20,000 nt of DNA from an uncultured virus (IMG/VR IMGVR_UViG_3300031132_000335) (taxonomy: Duplodnaviria; Heunggongvirae; Uroviricota; Caudoviricetes). Location: the IMG/VR virus record IMGVR_UViG_3300031132_000335. One strand, given 5' to 3'. The translations under genes were made by a program, and so were the position numbers. Below, piece by piece: positions 16,142 to 20,000 of the stretch. The notes below the pieces were generated by a model, which was given only the letters and a program-made list of their open reading frames with translations, did not search any database and was not told where the DNA came from. How positions within the stretch are numbered: position 1 is the stretch's first letter; every line of letters starts with the position of its first letter.

Positions 16142-16957
16142 TGGTGGTTCTCCTTCTCTTAACATCAAGCTCTTTACGATGTGACAGAAGTTATCCGTAT
16201 TCTCTTGTGAATTCAGTTTGCAAAATGTAAAGAATTGCAGATAACGTTAGAGATATTGTCTGGAAAAGACGAAAAATGAAAACAAAAAAAATTATTCGGC
16301 TGCTTAAGTTAACAATGATAACAAAGCTTTTAGAGAGTACGTAACCTTTACGAGAAGTAAGGTTGGGAGAATACCCCTACAAATTTTTCAATTGATGTTA
16401 TCTAATGGTTAACAGGAGTGTTCGCTACCTGGTTGCGTTTCTGACAACGTAGGACAGGCTTCTCGACGTAACCAAAACCCCCTGCTGTCAAAAATATAGA
16501 TTTGAGCAGCAAGGGAAGACTTCGGTTTGAAAACGAGTTATGTAATAAATCAGTAAGGAGTCTTGTCAGAATAAGATGACCAGGACGGCAATTACAGGAT
16601 GATATAGGGTTTTTCTGCCCTTGATTGATTGAATGTTTTCGCTATGCCACGGTCTGCCTTTATCACAGCTTCATCCTGCTCATGGACCCCTCTTAGCGTA
16701 TGCTTCTCACTACAACCGGTGGGCGAGCCGGTGGACTTCCGCCGCTGTATCTCTCCAACCAGAGTGTCAATTCTGGAAGTCGTAGCACTGAATGTGCTTG
16801 CGGTGGCAACTATATGATCGCTCCTGAGATAATCACTCTCAGACTTCGTTATGCTCTAAGTATACTAACAGGCATTTTTCATTCACCTGCTGTTTTGGAG
16901 GGTATCGGCTAAGATTTTCTCGCATCCATTCCATTCAAGGCATATGCATTAAGACAT

Positions 16958-16997
16958 TGAAACCAAATGAAAGTAACTGAAAACAAATGAAAGCAAA
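16958..16997 (+). repeat. Four tandem 10-bp imperfect direct repeats
   Basis: TGAAACCAAA TGAAAGTAAC TGAAAACAAA TGAAAGCAAA; another TGAAAACAAA at 16277-16286. Confidence 0.7.
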
Positions 16998-17066
16998 TCA
17001 CTTTCGTTTATCTTCAAAGCTAATGTTCTTGCCGTTTGATACGACTACTTCATGAAAGGATTCATC

Positions 17067-17261
17067 ATGGACGAATTAGACCAGCGTATTATCAATCAGC
17101 TTCGTCAGTTGGACGTACTAACTTATGGAGCTCTCAGTCATTGGAATGATCTTCCGAAAGTTCCACCTCCTCAGGAAGATAAAGTCCTTGCTCTCTTCAT
17201 ACAGCAAGGGTTGATAGAACCTCCATCCTGTGCTATTGTGGAAATAATACCGTCTACATAA
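17067..17261 (+). CDS. Small hypothetical protein (64 aa)
   Basis: GAAAGGA RBS before ATG 17067; stop abuts the RBS of the next gene. Confidence 0.6.
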   Translation: MDELDQRIINQLRQLDVLTYGALSHWNDLPKVPPPQEDKVLALFIQQGLIEPPSCAIVEIIPST

Positions 17262-17272
17262 GGAGAAGACCT

Positions 17273-17881
17273 ATGACGACCATTGATACTCCGAGGACGC
17301 GGACGAACATTCGCGCAGCTGCCGTGCAGTATTTCATTGAGCAGGAACATGAGGTGGATGATACAAACCTTGATGCGCTCACCGACTCATATCTGAACTT
17401 CAAGGATTTTGAGCATCTCCATGAGTTCGGCTTTACTCTTGACCTGGATGAGGTTGTGGCTGGAACTGAGGAGTATCCATTCACTTTCAAGGACCACCTT
17501 CGTTACTTGCATCAGACATTGTTCGTCCGCTGGGATAGGTACGTTCCTGAGAAGCATGAAATTGATTTCGCCAACACAGAGACCATCATTGTCAAGGTTG
17601 GTGGTCGCTCGTTTGAGACTTACATTGACCGCAATGGTGTACAGCGATTCCGCGTCAACACGGTTCTCAACCATCTCTGTGACCTCATGACGAAGAACCT
17701 GACCGTAGATGGCAAGCCCTATGGTCTCAATGACATGTGCCTGGAGTTTTTCAACGGGAAGTTCAGCAATGATGACTGGCTTACCTGGTACACCTCCTTC
17801 GGTTATAGTGTGAGCGGCTTCATGGACCTCAGCTTCTTTGACCACTTGGAGATTGAGAATCCGCTCTGGGATAAAGAGTAG
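17273..17881 (+). CDS. Hypothetical protein (202 aa)
   Basis: AAGGAG RBS; long ORF with aromatic-rich C-terminus (GYSVSGF.DLSFF). Confidence 0.8.
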   Translation: MTTIDTPRTRTNIRAAAVQYFIEQEHEVDDTNLDALTDSYLNFKDFEHLHEFGFTLDLDEVVAGTEEYPFTFKDHLRYLHQTLFVRWDRYVPEKHEIDFANTETIIVKVGGRSFETYIDRNGVQRFRVNTVLNHLCDLMTKNLTVDGKPYGLNDMCLEFFNGKFSNDDWLTWYTSFGYSVSGFMDLSFFDHLEIENPLWDKE

Positions 17882-17973
17882 CTTCTCCTGAAAGAAGGCA
17901 ATGACTACATGTTCAGTCATTGCCTTCTTTCATTAACCGATGGTATACTCATTTTATGGGAAGGAGAGAAGAC

Positions 17974-18423
17974 ATGAAAGTTAGAGTAGAACCTGTCAAC
18001 GCTATTGACTTTACTCAAAATATCTTCAATTCACTCCGTACCGACTATCCAGGCTTTGATTCCTGGGCCGAACATGTTCATACTGACCCTTATGGGAGAA
18101 TAGCTTTCATTGCTACTGATGAGACGGGCCAGTACGTTGGGATAGCGTTGAGCAAACAGGAGACCAGCAATGGATACTCGGAGCTTCCTAATCGAATGCT
18201 GAAAATATCTACGTTCAAGGTTGCCTCTGCTTATGCAGGACAGGGGTTAGGGAAAGCCTTGCTGACCAAAGTGTTGTCTTCTTCACCAATTACTCCTTCC
18301 TATGTGGAAGTGTTCCCGCAACACTCGCAGGTCATTGAATTCTTCATGCGTAATGGTTTCATGCAACTGTCTGAGCGCAGCAGTAAAGGCGAAGTTGTGT
18401 TGGCTCGTCTAACTGCTTCTTAA
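17974..18423 (+). CDS. GNAT family N-acetyltransferase
   Basis: Acetyl-CoA motif V...YAGQGLGKALL and FFMRNGF; N-terminal F.SLR.DYPGF..W and LKISTFKV; extended -10 TGgTATACT (17941-17949) and AAGGAG RBS. Confidence 0.85.
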   Translation: MKVRVEPVNAIDFTQNIFNSLRTDYPGFDSWAEHVHTDPYGRIAFIATDETGQYVGIALSKQETSNGYSELPNRMLKISTFKVASAYAGQGLGKALLTKVLSSSPITPSYVEVFPQHSQVIEFFMRNGFMQLSERSSKGEVVLARLTAS

Positions 18424-18508
18424 ATTTCACTCAGAGAGGTTGCAGTACGGATCATGTACGTGTAGCATGAATCGTAGGAACACACCGAACCTCTTGAAGG
18501 AGAACCTC

Positions 18509-18790
18509 ATGACCATCCTCGTCAACTCCCGTGGCGCGCAGATTCACTCGCTGTCTGTGCTGACGTTCCAGCTGTCCCAGGGCCTTCCTGTTGAGGTTCA
18601 GCGGGATGGTGAAGTCATCGCTGTTGTGCAGTTCCCTCGTCAGGACCACGCTTGGGCTGCGAAGTCTGTCTGGATTGGGGATGTGGCGGCGGCTGACCTG
18701 AGCCATGTTCTTGGCTACGTGGACGGCTCCCCTGCGCAGCAGGCACAGGTGAAGTGGTTTGACGGGAACAACTACCACGTCTGGTTCTAA
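18509..18790 (+). CDS. Hypothetical protein (93 aa)
   Basis: GAAGGAG RBS before ATG 18509; TTGCAG...TAGCAT promoter upstream; hairpin downstream. Confidence 0.75.
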   Translation: MTILVNSRGAQIHSLSVLTFQLSQGLPVEVQRDGEVIAVVQFPRQDHAWAAKSVWIGDVAAADLSHVLGYVDGSPAQQAQVKWFDGNNYHVWF

Positions 18791-18798
18791 GACTTCCA

Positions 18799-18840
18799 GA
18801 AGAAGCCTCCGAAGGGTCTACTCCTTTCGGAGGCTTCTTC
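18799..18840. terminator. Hairpin, probable terminator
   Basis: GAAGAAGCCTCCGAAGGG / CCTTTCGGAGGCTTCTTC. Confidence 0.7.
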
Positions 18841-18900
18841 CATTAACCGTACCTGTCTGGTAGACTTGTAGAAGTACACAGAACACACAAGGAGAGAACA

Positions 18901-19269
18901 ATGAGTAAGCTGCAATACGGTATCCAAGGCGCTGACGGCAGAATGCGAGTCGCCTCGTATGATGAGGCGAACGCGGCGGGTCCTGCTGGTCGTCGTCGCA
19001 TGAAGATGCATGGTCGTGAGTACATGTGGCTTCCGCTGCATCCGACCCTGACTCGCAGTAACGTGACTCACTTTGATGCTATGGAGCAGCGGATTGAGGT
19101 TGGTTCCTACGCACTCATTCAGTGGGGTGATTTCTCTGACCTGATGCTCTGCCAGGTGGTGAAGCTGACCCCTCAGAAGGTCCGTGTTCTGGTTCTCGCT
19201 ATTGGTCGTGAGACGCTTCGTGAGCCTCGAAACTTGGTGATGACTGACACTCAGCTGGTAGAAGGCTGA
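18901..19269 (+). CDS. Hypothetical protein with possible SH3/KOW-like C-terminal domain
   Basis: AAGGAG RBS, TGgTAGACT upstream; 'D.....IEVGS......G....V...TP.KVRV' pattern. Confidence 0.75.
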   Translation: MSKLQYGIQGADGRMRVASYDEANAAGPAGRRRMKMHGREYMWLPLHPTLTRSNVTHFDAMEQRIEVGSYALIQWGDFSDLMLCQVVKLTPQKVRVLVLAIGRETLREPRNLVMTDTQLVEG

Positions 19270-19319
19270 GAAGAAAAATAGTTTAAAACGGGTTTGATAA
19301 ACCCGCTAAAAATTCAGAC

Positions 19320-19365
19320 GCTACCCCTCTACTTCCTTGATTTTATAGGGAAGTAGAGGGGTAGC
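19320..19365. terminator. Long hairpin, probable terminator
   Basis: GCTACCCCTCTACTTCCTT / AGGGAAGTAGAGGGGTAGC. Confidence 0.7.
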
Positions 19366-19493
19366 TGTTTGTCAAAAGACGGATAAAATACTTCCTGATT
19401 TTCTTGTGAATCTGTTGCCCCTACGCCCCAATCGTGCTACACTAGACCTACACAACAAAGCAGTACCACACACAACACTTAGGAGTAAACATC

Positions 19494-19643
19494 ATGCAGG
19501 TTTTCATGACGGCACTGACCATCATCACCCTGACCACGGGCCTTTCAGTCCACTCGGCGGACGTTGACACTTCACGATCCACCGCAGTGCAGGTTCCCGT
19601 TTCCATCTCGGGCGGCGCATCTTCCGCAGGTGTCATCGGCTAA
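19494..19643 (+). CDS. 49-aa small peptide, possibly exported
   Basis: Not in the ORF track. TTGCCC-N17-TACACT promoter (19415-19443), AGGAG RBS, MQVFMTALTIITLTTGLSVHSADVDTSRSTAVQVPVSISGGASSAGVIG*, then an 18-bp hairpin. Confidence 0.65.
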   Translation: MQVFMTALTIITLTTGLSVHSADVDTSRSTAVQVPVSISGGASSAGVIG

Positions 19644-19663
19644 ACCCCGACCACGCCTCCAAC

Positions 19664-19709
19664 CCAGAAGAGAGTAGACAGACTCACAACACTGTCTACT
19701 CTCTTCTGG
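19664..19709. terminator. 18-bp perfect hairpin
   Basis: CCAGAAGAGAGTAGACAG / CTGTCTACTCTCTTCTGG. Confidence 0.7.
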
Positions 19710-19802
19710 CATTAACGGGGTACAAGCATGTGAACTGCGCTCCCAGCTTCGTTTGGTACAATGGTTCCAGAAAGCAACAAACCTCAGAAAAAAGAAGGAC
19801 CA

Positions 19803-20000
19803 ATGACAAACACTGAAATTACAACAGCTCTGGAAGACTCCATCCGTCAGGGACGGCAGGAAATGATGGAAGATGTGCAGGATGCTCTCAACATCCATCT
19901 CACCATCATCCAGAACAACCCGACACTTGCCCAGGAGCACAAGAACATCCTCACAAAAAATGTAGAGGTCTTGCAGTTCAACATGTCCCAGCTCGTGTAA
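19803..20000 (+). CDS. Small helical hypothetical protein (65 aa)
   Basis: GAAGGA RBS before ATG 19803; TAA at 19998-20000. Confidence 0.65.
   Translation: MTNTEITTALEDSIRQGRQEMMEDVQDALNIHLTIIQNNPTLAQEHKNILTKNVEVLQFNMSQLV

Noticed and set aside
16642..16742. Minus-strand GCGGAAGTCCAC ... GCAGACCGTGGCATAG vaguely like RNase P RNA CR-I/CR-V
   Set aside because: Both motifs deviate from consensus, are only ~75 nt apart, and P1-P3 could not be built convincingly.
16629..16912. Short ORFs 16629..16817 and 16700..16912
   Set aside because: No RBS, mutually overlapping and compositionally unlike neighbouring proteins; region treated as noncoding.
17067..17130. MDELDQRIINQL resembles the start of Lrp/AsnC HTH domains
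   Set aside because: The rest of the 64-aa protein lacks the HTH pattern; too weak to call.
17387..17920. 177-aa minus-strand ORF (and 14910..15329, 18452..18778, 19572..19940)
   Set aside because: Fully or largely antisense to better-supported plus-strand genes.
19415..19431. TTGCCCCTACGCCCCAA resembles the reverse complement of the 3' end of leader copy 1
   Set aside because: Needs two gaps, sits in a promoter -35/spacer and is probably untranscribed; likely chance.

Overview
Gene-dense, mosaic region of short, mostly hypothetical genes. Many have their own sigma-A-type promoter (TTGnnn-N17-TAnnnT and/or extended -10 TGnTAnnnT), a strong AGGAG-type RBS and a long flanking hairpin. This fits an accessory or early region of a large actinobacterial phage or plasmid (inference; no structural, integrase or rep gene is visible). 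Recognisable products are an R-S-E ADP-ribosyltransferase, three tandem DnaB/RecA-fold proteins, a membrane protein plus LemA-like pair, a family 2 glycosyltransferase, a Cys-His-Asp papain/transglutaminase-like protein, a lipoprotein and a GNAT acetyltransferase. The standout is a cassette repeated three times at 4318-8696: extended -10 promoter, then a conserved ~130-140 nt leader that folds by eye into a double-pseudoknot RNA with compensatory changes between copies, then an ORF starting with a conserved basic ~30-aa peptide (MTKN..K..VR..M.....NYL.A.R.L) fused to DnaB-like ATPase domains. Only one of the five ATPase-fold domains keeps a Walker A motif. A second, weaker candidate is the ~900-nt region at 16170-17050, which lacks a credible ORF and has many long-range complementarities and a 10-bp phased repeat array. 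All family calls come from motif recognition by eye; no searches were run.
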